Source of the DNA: Octopus sinensis
Taxonomy: Eukaryota
Assembly: GCF_006345805.1 (NCBI RefSeq)
Contig: NC_043000.1
Span: 102,362,001-102,426,000, forward strand
Direction: 5' to 3'
Length of the DNA stretch: 64,000 bases
Shown here in pieces: positions 36,200 to 49,103 of the stretch (the first letter of the stretch is position 1; each line of letters begins with the position of its first letter). The notes under the pieces were generated by a model that was not told the origin of the DNA, did no database searches, and saw nothing but the letters and a program-made list of their open reading frames with translations. A program made the position numbers and the translations under genes.

Positions 36200-37750
36200 C
36201 TGCTGCTGCTAAAACTGGCACATTCACCCACATTTCAACGAACTTATTGGGTGACAGTACCGCCCCCTGCAGCCCCACTTTCCTTTTCAGGTGGAACCCG
36301 AAAAAGTCAATGAGGCCTCAGCCAAAGAGTGTGGCACTCGTCTTCAACCTTTCAATTGCGTCCACTACACAACCACTTTTTCCATAGCCACCAGACGGAG
36401 AAAAATTGCCCTCCCCTCCCGGCAAAAGGAAGGAGGCGGAGGCGATCTTTACAATAGACTCGGACGATAGCTGGATCTGTCCAACACATGACAACTGTTC
36501 GCCAAAGTTCCACAGATCAACAATGCGCGGGCACTACGAGAGCATACAGAACTGCTTCATCGCTCCGCGTGCATTCGAACAAGCCCGACTGACTGCACAC
36601 CCATGCCTGTAGATCTTATCTCAAACCAGTAGCACCTCCCGGTAGCGCCTCCCGGTAGCGCCTCCCGGTAGCGCCTCCCGGTAGCGCCTCCCGGTAGCAC
36701 TGCAATGCCAGGGATTTTTGGAAGTTATCCATAGTTCCCGGCTCGAAAGTCCTCCGGAAGAGACCAGCCAGTTGATCCTTCTCAACGCCTAGGACCTCTC
36801 CGAGTACGTCGTCGCTCTTGCCCTCCACTAATCCAAGGTAGAACTTCCACCGACCACATTGCCCGACTGGCTGAGGGCTGTGAGCGCTTGGAGACACTCT
36901 AGGTGCCTCTGTCTACGCATGATCCAGGACAGTAGCTCTGTTAAAGTGACGAACTGTGGAAAAGCGCGTTCAACATACAGCGACCACACCTGCTCACCGT
37001 TAAGGTATCGCCGGAGATGTCGCAGCCTCAGTGCATGTTTGCGCATCATCAACCACTGCATACCTAGTCCTCCATGCAACGGGTACTGACAGTAAATGGA
37101 CCGTCTGTTGTGTGGATGGCTGTTGTTGTTGTAGTAGTGATGCTACTCCCACTGCCACTTTTGTTGTAACATCTGCCTGTTTTGTCTCCTTTGGTTCCAT
37201 TTCTGTTTCTATTCCCTTGCCTTCCTGTTGTTATTGTTGTTGACTCATGTGTTGTGGTGCTTTCGTTTAGACATTTATTTCTGCCTTTCTGGTCTGGTCG
37301 TTGAACCACAATAGTGGCACCTCGGCCTTCCGCCCTCCACGTTCACCCTTAGTTGTACTCCATTCGAGACGGAAATCAGGTTTGGGGCTTTCTCTAATTG
37401 CTCTGTCTTTCATATAGAGAAGAACCTCCAAGGTAGTCCCTACCTAATTCTCACTCCTCGATCTTTTAACCTCCATGAGATTTTGCCCGCCGTCCCTACA
37501 AATACACGCGTGAATCCACCATAGATCCAAACCTGGTGGGACTGCAGGTACCGTAATTCGTACCGTCCTCCTTCCCTTATACGTTGGAAAGGGAGCGATT
37601 TCCTCGGTGCGACGCGTAGCCACCGAGTTCTGTATTGCCTGCTCCTCGGTCTTAAAAGGGACAGCTACTCCACCGTACTGAGAACTTGCCGTACTTGAGA
37701 ACTGTCATAACAAGCGCAGGAATCTCAGTTCCGCATGAATTGATTGACAA
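36200..37750 (-). mobile_element. L1/Tx1-like element with EN/RT deleted (ORF1 joined to ORF2 C-terminus)
   Basis: 37750-37090: PTYKGRRTVRITVPAVPP...VEGRRPRCHYCG (ORF1). 37090-36200: HALRLRHLRRYLNGEQVWS...DNFQKSL..QCYREALP...HLKRKV, homologous to the 10454-10911 copy. Confidence 0.75.
36635..36699. repeat. 13-bp tandem repeat x5 (cctcccggtagcg)
   Basis: Direct reading; expands the CYREALP codons of the Tx1 ORF2 remnant. Confidence 0.95.
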
Positions 37751-37754
37751 CATG

Positions 37755-39665
37755 CTGCATTCATGGATCCTAAAATCGCTGGATTCAAAATTTCTCCTTA
37801 AATTTCAAACTTCCTGAAGAATAATATGTCTTTGCGGAACACAAACCTCAGAATATATCACTCTAATGAAGAAATAGCTTCAAACAATATTAACATTAAG
37901 CGTAGCATTTTCCAAGGTGACTCACTTTCAACACTAATTTTTTGCATAGCTCTAATACCCCGTACAACTGAAGTTAACTGAACAGAGTATTGGTATAAAA
38001 TTGACAAAAAAAAAAATAAGCCATCTATTTTATATGGATGACTCACAATTCTATGGCAAAGACAATGATGAACTTGAAAATATATTACATGCTGTGAAAA
38101 CATTCAGGGATGACATCGTGCCGGAGTTTGGTCTTGATAAGTTTTCCAAGGCCACTTTCTAGAAAGGTAAATTGAAGGCCTCAAATTCATTCGTATTAGG
38201 TGTTGACACATTTAAAAAAAGAACTTGAGAAGGAACAAACTTATAAATACGTAGGGAATATAGAAATACCCTGGCATTCAGCAAGCAAGTATGAATGAGA
38301 AAATCAGAAAGAAATGTTATAAGAGAGTTCGAGCTGTTCTGAAAGCTGAATTAAATGCACATAACAAGGTGTTAGCCCTAAATTCTTGAGCAGTTCCAGT
38401 TGTTACTTATAGTTGCAATGTGTTGAACTGGACTATCAGTGACATAAAACAATTGACAGAAAAATACGTAAGCTACTGACTTGTAATGCACCACCCAAAA
38501 ACACACGCGGATCGTCTTTACCTTCCCAGAGTTCAAAGAGGTCGAAGTTTGATCCAATTTGGGCTCTCTTACAAAACCACTGCAATTGGATGCTAAGACT
38601 CATTGAAAATCACAAGAGGCATAAAAAGCTTCATTTTTGAAAGATAGCAAAATCTTTTCTATGGATTTCGTGCATGATACCCAGGCTGAACAACCCGAGA
38701 GAAGTGTGGCAACTTTTGTTGCAAAGAAGGTGAAATTAATGGCAAGCTAAAAAGTGCATGAACAATTAGCTGATAGGTGGGAGCAGAAACCTCTGCATGG
38801 CAAATAGCTCGTAGCATGGCCCGTAGCAAACAAGCTGATGTTGACCTGAAACACACTCATCCTTGGTTACGGAGTTCAGGGCTGAAGGCAGAGAACGAAA
38901 ATTTCATGTTAGCTTATTGACCCGGATCTAACAAGCGAATATGATGAAAAATAGAGCAGATCCAAAGTATCTATTCTGCAATGATGAAATTGAAACAGTG
39001 GACCACTTAGTGTCTGGATGTAAAGATGTAGCACCAGTAGAGTATAATTCAAGACATGACAGAGTCGGCTAGTATCTACATTGCTTAATATATCGCATTA
39101 CAAAATCAAAGCTGTTTACAAGTGATATAATCACCATCTTGAGGCGATATCTGTGAGAGAAAGTGTAACGATTCTTTGAAACTTTCCAGTGCATACAGAC
39201 AGAATTATCAAAGCAAGTAAACCGGATATTGTAGTGAAAGCCAAAAACAATAAAGTTTGTTTACTGAACAACATGATTATTTATTGTTACCATAATATCT
39301 CGGTAAAAAAAAATGTCAGATAATCTCAGAAAATATAAAGATTAGCTCATTGAAATCGAAAAATGTGACATTTCAAGGCGGTTACAATACCAATGATTGT
39401 TGGAAGACTAGGAATGATTAAAAAAAATTATTTGAGAAATGCAAAAGATTGTTTTAACTGGTACGTTACACATATTGAGAACATTGTCGCTGTGAGAACG
39501 ATTACTAACCATGTAAATAATTTTTTGTGACATTATTTCATTTAATTTTATAAATGAACAATCTGGTGTGCTTATTATAATGACTTATCAATGTATAGAG
39601 TGAGCTTCTTTGCCCTAGGTGTAAGGGAAACTCTCGACAAAAAATGGAAAGAAAATTGAAAGAAG
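37755..39665 (+). mobile_element. R4/Dong-like LINE, 5'-truncated, lineage A (decayed RT, RLE, 3' UTR)
   Basis: HSWILKSL, IFQGDSLS.LIFCIAL.P, YMDD, YKY.G, IDRKIRKLLT, ETVDHLVSGC, SRHD, KPDIVV, KYKD; 3' UTR matches 17380-17460. Confidence 0.9.
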
Positions 39666-39686
39666 TACTACTACTACTACTACTAC

Positions 39687-39743
<57 letters not shown>

Positions 39744-39744
<1 letters not shown>

Positions 39745-40915
39745 TTGGCTAGTTAATGGGTTAACATTCCTGCTTCCAAAAAGTGAAGAAACAAATGAAC
39801 CAAAAAACTATAGACCCATAACCTGCTTAACAACTATGTATAAAACGCTAACATCTGTCCTGACGGAATATAGCTATAGTTTTTTAACAGACAGCAGCAT
39901 ATTCCCTAATGAACAGAAAGGATGTAAACGTGGATCCTATGATTGTAAAGATCAACTACTCATCAATAAGATGATCTTAGAAGATTGTCACAAGCGACAC
40001 AAAAACTTATCAATAGCCTGGATAGACTATAAAAAGGCTTTTGATAGCCTACCACATAGCCGGATTAAGAAATGCCTAGAAATGTATAAGATAGCACCTG
40101 CTCTGCGAAACTTTTTGTCTGTAAGTATGAGATCATGGAGAACCACACTAACTTTGAACAGTGACAATGAATCTCTAAATGCTGGTGATGTAAAAATGTC
40201 ATGTGGCATTTTCCAGGGTGACTCACTATCACCACTCCTCTTTTGTTTAGCCTTAATACCTCTCTCAAAATTGCTCAATGACGCGCAGTACGGATATAAG
40301 ATGTTTGATAAAAATATAAATCATCTCATTTACGTGGATGATTTAAAGCTCTTTGCAAAAAATGACCAACAACTTCTAGCGATTGTTAAACAATTCAGTG
40401 ATGACATCAGAATGCAATTTGGCCTCGATAATTGTGCAAAAGCTACCTTTATCAAAGAAAAAATGACAGAAACATCTAACGTTAACCTTGACCAGCAGAA
40501 TGTCATAAAAGAATTAGACCTACCAAAAACTGAGCAAATATAAAGATCTTGAAATAGAAATCATCAAAATGTGGAACCTGAAAACTAAAACAATACCTGT
40601 TGTCATAGGTGCCCTGGGAATGATAGCAAAAGGGGCTGATCGCTACCTAACTCATATACCAGGAAACCCCAAAATGGCAGAAATTCAAAAGATAGTGGTC
40701 ATGGGAACTGCTCATATCCTACGCAAAATACTTTCTATGTAATTTCAAGTTTTAAAACAAACATAATTTTTTTTTCACTAGTACAACACTAAATACAAAA
40801 CCAAATATATGGCACACTAGGCATAACAACAACACGAACTTCCAACCTGTTGTCTCTTGAGGTCTCTGGGTGAGACTTAGAGCCAACTTGTACAAATATA
40901 AAGCAAAAGTCAAAC

Positions 40916-40918
<3 letters not shown>
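39744..40918 (+). mobile_element. R4/Dong-like LINE lineage B: RT core fused to RLE end by internal deletion
   Basis: Open frame with KNYRPITCL, QKGC, QLL, AWIDYKKAFDS, GIFQGDSLSPLLFCLAL, YVDDLK; at 40516-40520 (agacc) it jumps to ...KYKDLEIEI.KMWNLKT...; (TAA)n on both sides. Confidence 0.93.
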
Positions 40919-40972
<54 letters not shown>

Positions 40973-41657
40973 GACTGAAAGATTTTTAATGGCAGTACAT
41001 GATCAAAGCCTCCTCACCAGAAATTACCAAAACGCACAAGGAAAAAATACAAGTAACTGCAGAATATGTGGTGATGGGAAAGAAACAATAAATCATACTG
41101 TCTCTGGTTGCCCGGTCCTGGCTAAGAAGGAATATATTCGCAGGCATGATAGAATTAGGACTTAAATACACTGGAAGCTATGCCAACACTATGGAATGAC
41201 AACAGGAAAAAGATGGTACGGGCACGCCCCAGAAAATGTCTCAGAAAGTGACAAAGCAATCATTTTCTGGACATGCCAATACACAGAGAAATCAAGACTA
41301 ATACACCGGATATTGTTGTCAGAGATCATGAAAAGCAAATGCTTTCTAATCGATGTATCAATATCAATAGATGATAATGTATCTATAAAAGAAACGGAGA
41401 AACTCTCAAAATATAAAGATCTGGAAATAGGTATGATTAAGAAAACATTCAAACAAATTCTTAAGTAAAGCAAGAGGACCTACGAATGTATATAACATAC
41501 AGAAAATAGCACTACTAGGCACCGCGCACATCCTACGTAAAGCACTTTCAATACAGTGAAACTAAAACACTACAACAAACCACAGCACATATCCAAGGCA
41601 CATAGAGCTGCGCTCGGTAGTGCAGTGAAAGAACATGATAAAAATAAGACTACTGGA
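40973..41657 (+). mobile_element. R4/Dong-like 3' fragment, lineage D
   Basis: AVHDQSLLTRNY, CRICGD.KETINH..SGCP.LAKKEYIRRHD, CFLIDVSI.IDDNVSIKETEKLSKYKDLEI; (TAA)n on both sides. Confidence 0.9.
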
Positions 41658-41674
41658 TAATAATAATAATAATG

Positions 41675-41722
<48 letters not shown>

Positions 41723-42344
41723 GCGGTCTCTGGGTGAAACTTAGAGCATATAAAACATAGTAGTGGCAATAACATACCCTAATAGCTTTAGAACTTACTC
41801 AAAAGCCGTTTGGAAGCTGTGTAATGTTAAAACAAGCAAATAAAAAAATGCTAAAACCTGAACACTTGTTTAATACGCCGATGTTGTTGAGTAGATTATT
41901 GATCTGCATATTTAAAAATACTACGAATGGAGAAATTGGCTTACTATAACCTGTTTACTGCGAAACGTGGACAAATCTTGTTGCCAAGCGCCAAAAAATT
42001 CTTCAACTTGTCAGAAAACTGGAAGCCGAATGTTTGTCGGAAATTTATATACAAGCTAGTAGACAGATCGTATAAACAGAAACTTTATTATTTCGAATTT
42101 AACAAAATAAGTATAAACAGCTGAAAAGGAAATAGGCAAAATTAATAGCAGAGAAAAAAGCGCATGAAGAATTATCTGATAGGTGAGAGCAGAAACTCTT
42201 GCATGGCAAATATGTGGCACGTAGCTAACAGATATTGACCAGAAGCACACCCATAAGACGCAAATGTGTGTGTAAGTGTGTGTGTGTGAGTGTGTGCGTG
42301 CGCGTGCGTGCATATATATTATAATACGTTATAATATAACAATC

Positions 42345-42403
<59 letters not shown>

Positions 42404-42406
<3 letters not shown>

Positions 42407-42805
42407 CGCAGGAGTGGCTGTGTGGTAAGTAGCTTGCTAACCAACCACATGGTCCTGGGTTCAGTCCCACTGCGTGGCATCTTGGGCAAGTGTCTTCTGC
42501 TATAGCCTCGGGCCGACCAATTCCTTGTGAGTGGATTTGGTAGACGGAAACTGAAAGAAGCCTGTCGTATATATGTATATATATATATATGTGTGTGTAT
42601 ATGTTTGTGTGTCTGTGTTTGTCCCCCTAGCATTGCTTGACAACCGATGCTGATGTGTTTACGTCCCCGTCACTTAGCGGTTCGGCAAAAGAGACCGATA
42701 GAATAAGTAGTGGGCTTACAAAGAATAAGTCCCGGGGTCGATTTGCTCGACTAAAGGCGGTGCTCCAGCATGGCCGCAGTCAAATGACTGAAACAAGTAA
42801 AAGAG
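42404..42805 (+). mobile_element. S2 (CORE-like) SINE, best full-length copy
   Basis: A box gtggctgtgtggtaag, B box gggttcagtccc, cttgggcaagtgtcttc (CORE-like), internal microsatellite, tail gactgaaacaagtaaaagag. Confidence 0.92.
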
Positions 42806-42854
42806 TAAGGATTTTATTATTCCTTAATGTGGTTTATAACCTTTATTTGAATGT

Positions 42855-42891
<37 letters not shown>

Positions 42892-42892
42892 G

Positions 42893-42923
<31 letters not shown>

Positions 42924-42949
42924 TGTGTGTGTGTGTGTTTGCGCGCGTG

Positions 42950-43180
42950 AAGACGCGTAGCTTAGTCGTTAGATCTTGGTTTCGATTCCCAGGCCGGGCG
43001 TTGCATTGTGTCCTTGAGTATTGCATTTCATTTCAGATTGCTCTGTGAACATTTCGTCATCTGACATGTGGTACATGGTGCACCTGTACAGGTAATGTTG
43101 ATTTGATGGCGGGAGTAAGCTTATGTGAACACAAACATTTAATCACTATAAACAAATCATCTGTGTGTGGTTGTTCGCCA
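42950..43180 (+). mobile_element. tRNA-headed SINE (family S4)
   Basis: gacgcgtagcttagtcgttag...ggtttcgattcccaggccgggcg...gtgtccttgag...ttgctct. Confidence 0.65.
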
Positions 43181-43187
43181 AAAAATT

Positions 43188-45633
43188 TAATTCTTTGTTG
43201 GCCACTAAGGGCTTTACACAGAGGGATAGTACAGGTGGTCATACATATAACTGATAACAAATTGAAATAAAGTGATGGCATGCAAACACTGGTAACAAGT
43301 GTGAAATTTGGAAACTTTAAATATAAATGAGAATAACAAGGTGGTACTCCGAAAGAAGGAGAATGCTGGGTTGGACGTGGAGACTCCACAAGTCACGAAC
43401 CAAACTGGTTGCTCGGATAAGACTTAGGAATTCACGCGCTCAAGTTAGTGTCATGACTATCAGATCCAAATCCAGTGACCTGAGATCGTTCAACTAGTAT
43501 CCTTGCTTCCAAGGCGATCCCAGGATACGCACATTTATGCTGCCTCGCTTGAGCGAGAACATTAGAGAAAGATAAGAAAAAGAAGGGGGTTACATGCGTT
43601 GTGTGCTGAGGCGGAGTGAAGGATTTTCCTCACTCAATTGGGTGGCCTGTGGAGTATCCTCAATTAAATTTTTGTATGAATGTTTTGTGAACTTCCTTTG
43701 CAGATTTCCTATGTCATTGGTATATTTCCTATCTCATTGGGGTGAATGTAAATGTCACTGTTTATGTATATAATTTGAATGTGCTTGGATATATGATATT
43801 CTTTTCTATTCTAGGCACAAGGCCAGAAACTTTTGGGGATGGAGCCAGTCGATTAGATCGACCCCAATATGCAACTGGTACTTAATTTATCGACCCCAAA
43901 AGGATGAAAAACGAAGTGGACCTCGGCGGAATTTGACCACAGAACGTAAAGACAAACGAAATACCTCTAAGCATTTCGCTCAGGGTTCTAATGCTTCTGC
44001 CAGTTTGCTACCTTTCTTGAGGACGTGAGATTGCGGATTAACGGACTTGTACGGCGTGATGTTGGAGTTGTTTTCTGTGTATTTCATGAGGGATGTGTTT
44101 ATTGTGTTAATGGCTGTGAGATTTGTGACTGTGTGTTTGGTGTGCGGAGCTGGCAGTAGCGCCAATGGTGTAATGTGAGTGAAGATGGTTGTGTGTCTGT
44201 GTTGCGGTGGGGTGTTGGGGTAGAGTCTTTTATTCTTTTTTTCTTTTGGGCATTGCTCTTCATTCGTCGCTGCTGTCAGTAGAGTCCAGCTCGGTGGGAG
44301 GTACATCCTTTGAGTTTGGGATGTATTCCATTGGAGTGGTTTTGGTTGGTATACTGCCTCTCTGGGTGGTGCTATAGTTATTAATACAGGATTCGGGACT
44401 GTGGCGGTGTCCGCTGCCATGGACGTTGATATGTCTTCTGTGAGTTGTATGGAATTGGCTGCTTCCGTGGGTGGTGCGGAGGCTTGTGGTACCTTCTGGA
44501 TTGGCTTTGCTGGGATCTGATGGGGTATCTCCTTTGCTGGGAGGTGACTTATGTCTCTTGCTCCCAGTGGGCAGGAGGCTATTAGGTGGTTGTTTTTGTC
44601 CACATCGGTAGCACCTGGGTTTACGCCCTTCCACCATCATCGCAGTATTGTGCCATCTTGTATGCTTATCAGGTCTGGCATTTGTACTAGGGTCCTCTGG
44701 TTTGCTTGGATTAGCAGCTCTATCCCCTGCCCCCTACCCCAGTGTTACTAGTGCTGTTTGGTAATTTGTAGTAAGTTTATTTTGTCCTAAATGTCGAGCA
44801 GGACAGCTGCCACTACTCATAAGTTGTCAATCTCTGGGGGAACCTTCTCAATTTTAATTTATGAGTCTCTTCAACCCAGGTAGGTCGGCAAGAGCACCAG
44901 CTTGTTCGTTTTTAGTGGCACCGTGGTGTGTTCTTTGGATTCGTCCTCCGAAACGAACCTCACCTCCACAGTGCCATATTTTTCCTCTGACCATGTATTT
45001 GACCCTTGACCATACTGGTTGAAAACATTTCTCAGTAGTTTCTTTTGCTACTTGGTCAATCTTTTTTGTTTGACTGACAGAGTTTTGTATATTATCGTTT
45101 GTTTGGCTGTGCGCTGTTGTATATCGTAGCGAGGATCAAGTTAACATTTGTGCCATCTCTCTGTAATAAATTCTTCACTTTTTTATGTCTTCAACGTTAA
45201 AGTTGAGTGATTCTTTTTGCACTCGTGCTGCTGATGCGAAACCGTGACTTTAATTTAAATTCATCTTTCTTGAGGTCATTAATTTTGTTGTTCGGAGTGT
45301 CCTTGAAAGGATCGGTTGTATTTCTTTTGGGGAGTAGATCATTCCCCTCCGCCTGCTCCCAACAGGGGAAAGAAAGAAACAGTTCGTTGTACACTTCATC
45401 TTGGTAGCCGTAACCCCCACTGAGGCTGGAACCCATGATTGAAAAATTAATTACATAGCAAAAACACAAATAAACGAAGGTAAAATTCCCTAAAAAGGGG
45501 AATTTTGAATGCAACACCTCCCTTGCTAAGCAGGCTCAGTTACGAAGACCCACAAAATTCAACAATAATAATTATAAACACATAACTGGAATTTACGAAA
45601 CTCACTAGCCTAAAAAATGCACGTCTGTTCGGC
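43188..45633 (-). mobile_element. L1/Tx1-like element with both ends, ORF1 and start of EN, most of ORF2 deleted; S1 SINE at 43809-44014
   Basis: ORF1: KYGTVEVRF..E.....TVPLKT..LVLLPTYLG...KVPPEID...MMVEGRKPRCYRCGQ.NHLIASC (CCHC knuckle). EN start INVRILGSPWKQG.*LNDLRSLDLD at ~43545-43450. 3' tail ctctgtgtaaagcccttagtggccaacaaagaa at ~43188-43225. Confidence 0.75.
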
Positions 45634-45642
45634 AAGAAATGT

Positions 45643-45935
45643 TATCCTTTATTCGCCACTAAGGGATAATACAGGACAGACAAAGTGGGGTCGTACGGAG
45701 GCACGACAGCAAAGTGAAATAGTCGACTGAATAAACAATAGGAGACGAGTAAACATGTTAAAAATTTAAAATATGACAATACAAAGAGAATATCGAAATG
45801 AGAGTTAACGTGTAGTGTAGGACATGGTGACCCCACAAGACAGGCCCTACGCTTCTCTCACACAGGAGACTTATGGGTTAGGTGCATTCAAGCGTAACAT
45901 GCGTGTCACTTACATCCATAATGCCTTAGTTTTCT
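45643..45935 (-). mobile_element. Second Tx1-like 3' end abutting the 5' end of the previous element
   Basis: WM*VTRMLRLN matches [11 protein letters not shown] of the 10454 copy; tail ...atcccttagtggcgAATAAAgga. Confidence 0.6.
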
Positions 45936-46004
45936 ATTTAGATGGTATATGTAGTAATTGTTTAAATCAATGCCAAAGAGAAAGTGTTATTCTTTTATTC
46001 TCTC

Positions 46005-46153
46005 TTTTAATTATGATTTTATTCAACATATTATACGCTTATTTCAGTGTTCCTTCAGTTTCTCTAAGCCTTGTAAAAGAATTCGGAAGGGCCTCTGACC
46101 AGGCCTTTCGCGATACCCTTAGAGCCAGAAACTTTTCAACAGCCCTTCTTGCA
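46005..46153 (+). mobile_element. Mariner-type MITE, partial
   Basis: aattatgattttattcaacata...cgatacccttagagccagaaacttttcaacagccc; same family as 54315-54535 and 56730-56914. Confidence 0.7.
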
Positions 46154-47094
46154 TGTATGTATGTATGTATGTATGTATGTATGTGGCGGACTTCTTTCAG
46201 TTTCTGTCAACCAGTTTCTCTCACAAGGCTTTGGATAACCCAGGGCTGTAATTGAAGACACGAGTTCAAGGTGCTAGCCAAAGGGGCTAACTGAACCCGA
46301 AATCCTGTTGTTGGAGAGTGAACTTCCCGACCACACAGTCGTGCCAGCGCCTAGCTATCAACTGTTTTAAATATACAATTTGTTAACCCTGATTATAAAT
46401 TCACAATTTAATTGCGTGTAATCATTGATGCACTTTCTTTAACAACAGTTTGCATTTCCAATACGTATGTGTGTCTATGTATGTCTATATATGGTTTTAT
46501 GCGGTTATGTATGGTTATGTATGTCTATGTTTGGCTATATGCGGTTTATGTGTGGCTATGTGAACTGTGTGTGTTTGTGTAGAATTATAATAACATCAAT
46601 ATATCAGTTGATATTTAATTTACATTAAAATCTGAATTATTAATATATAATTTAATGTTAACAAATAGAAAGAAATACAAGTTATTTACACAAAAAAAAA
46701 GAATCCATTTCCGAGTTGATATAAAACAAAAAGCAAAAACATTCAATTTAAAAGTCAAAGATATTTAATCGTTTCTCGCATTCTTTACAAATAAATCTAT
46801 GTATGTATGCATGTATGTATGTATGTACGTACGTACGTACAGACATATGCATGCATGTATGTATGTGTGTGTATGTGAGTGTGTCTGTGTGTGCGCGCGC
46901 GGGCGTCAAAGGGAGAGAGAGAGAGAGAGTGGAGAGAGAGCAAAATATATTGCTACCATATACGATTTTTATGTTTGTTGCATGCATCTGGTTAAAATGA
47001 ATTTGTGTACGATGACAATGTGTAAATTATCCTCTTGTGAGTGTGCATGCACATATGTCTATAGAACGCTAGCGTGTTTGTGTGTGTTTGTATG

Positions 47095-47143
<49 letters not shown>

Positions 47144-47481
47144 TGTGTGTGTGTGTGTACGTGCATGCATGAGAGGATGTGGGCGTATGTATAAATGAAA
47201 GACAGAAAAATGGGCTCGTGATAATTTTGGGTGAACGTTAATTGAATACACAGATATGTGATGTACATGTAGTTTATATATATATAAAAAAAGGAAGAAA
47301 ACGATTCGAATGTGTATACACAGATTTATACATCTCATTTGTCTTAATAATAAAATTCAATATAATTGTGTCAGTGCGAGAGACAAAACTAACGAGTTAG
47401 AGATATACCGATGCATGTACACAAATACATAGCTATACACATCACACATCTATCAATCTCTCACTCCCTCTCTTTATATAT

Positions 47482-47920
47482 ATATAATAAATAAAACATA
47501 TGCATATATACATACATATATGTACATACTTACATCTATATGTATATATACATGCATATATGAGTACAGGACACCACAAATAAACGTAGAACACGAGAAA
47601 CGAAAACATAAAATCAAACAAGGAAACGGACTTTTTTTAACAACGAAAAAACAGAGTACAGGACAAACAATACAAGGAAAATTCCCCTTCATCAGCTGCC
47701 CCTGGTTCGACTCAATGCGTGTTTCGAAGAATGTTTGTCCTGTACTCTGTTTTTTCGTTGTTAAAAAAAGTCCGTTTCCTTGTTTGATTTTGTTTTCGTT
47801 TCTCGTTGTGTTCTACGTTTATTTGTGGTGTCCTGTACACATATATGCATGTATATATACATATAGATGTAAGTATGTACATATATGTATGTATATATGC
47901 ATATGTTTTATTTATTATAT
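47482..47920. repeat. Long near-perfect inverted repeat (~188-bp arms, ~62-bp spacer)
   Basis: 47482-47669 is the reverse complement of 47732-47920 with about one substitution and two small indels. Confidence 0.95.
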
Positions 47921-47971
47921 TGTTATTATATGACCGAACGCACGCGTTGTTTTTTCTTCTCCAAGTAAGTT

Positions 47972-48013
<42 letters not shown>

Positions 48014-48026
48014 TATATATATATAT

Positions 48027-48348
<322 letters not shown>

Positions 48349-48944
48349 CAGAGCTGCTAGAAGGTCCAGAAAGAATGCTTCGCAATATTTGTTCCAAGAT
48401 TACTCGTACTGAGTTCGAATAGCATCGAGATTAACTTCGCCTTTCAGCCTTTCTGGGGTCGACGAGAAGTACGAATCTAAGGTAACGGATTGGTGGATCT
48501 GTAAGAATATCAAGCCGGTTGCCTTGCAGTATTTTCCGGTTCTTTGCGTTCTGAGTTCAAATCCAATCAAAGCCTACTTGGACAGTGGTTTGTCCTGCGG
48601 CCCGTTTTAACACCGCTCTTGGGTACTTTTAGCGGAGTCCACTCTGTTATAAATACTTGGGCCCCAGATTTCTGGTTTGAGAATACATTGGTTTCCTCTT
48701 TGCACTAGTCTCGGAGGTACCGTCTTGTCTCGAAACTAAACACAATGTGTGTGCATGTGTGTGTGTGTGTGTGTGTGTGTTGTGTGTGTGTGTGGTGTAG
48801 TTCATGTGAGAACTTGTGATGTACCAGTATACGAGGAGGACATGACATAGAAAAGAATAACTGCGTGGTCTGTGACTGGAATATTTTATGCAAAGCCTCT
48901 CATTTATCAAAGTAAGTCAATATCTATATATCTATTTATCTAGC

Positions 48945-48953
48945 TATCTATCT

Positions 48954-49036
<83 letters not shown>

Positions 49037-49061
49037 ATCTACCTGTCTATCTATCTATCTG

Positions 49062-49103
<42 letters not shown>

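Noticed and set aside
35479-36387. 302-aa ORF
   Set aside because: Chimeric read-through of a Dong RT fragment, low-complexity repeats and the antisense of a Tx1 remnant.
39644-40543. 299-aa RT ORF as a functional gene
   Set aside because: The start lies in the previous element's tail and the TAA repeat; 5'-truncated and internally deleted LINE.
42404-42480. tRNA genes at SINE heads (also 27105 and 53275)
   Set aside because: A/B boxes are present, but there is no closed cloverleaf and each continues into a SINE body.
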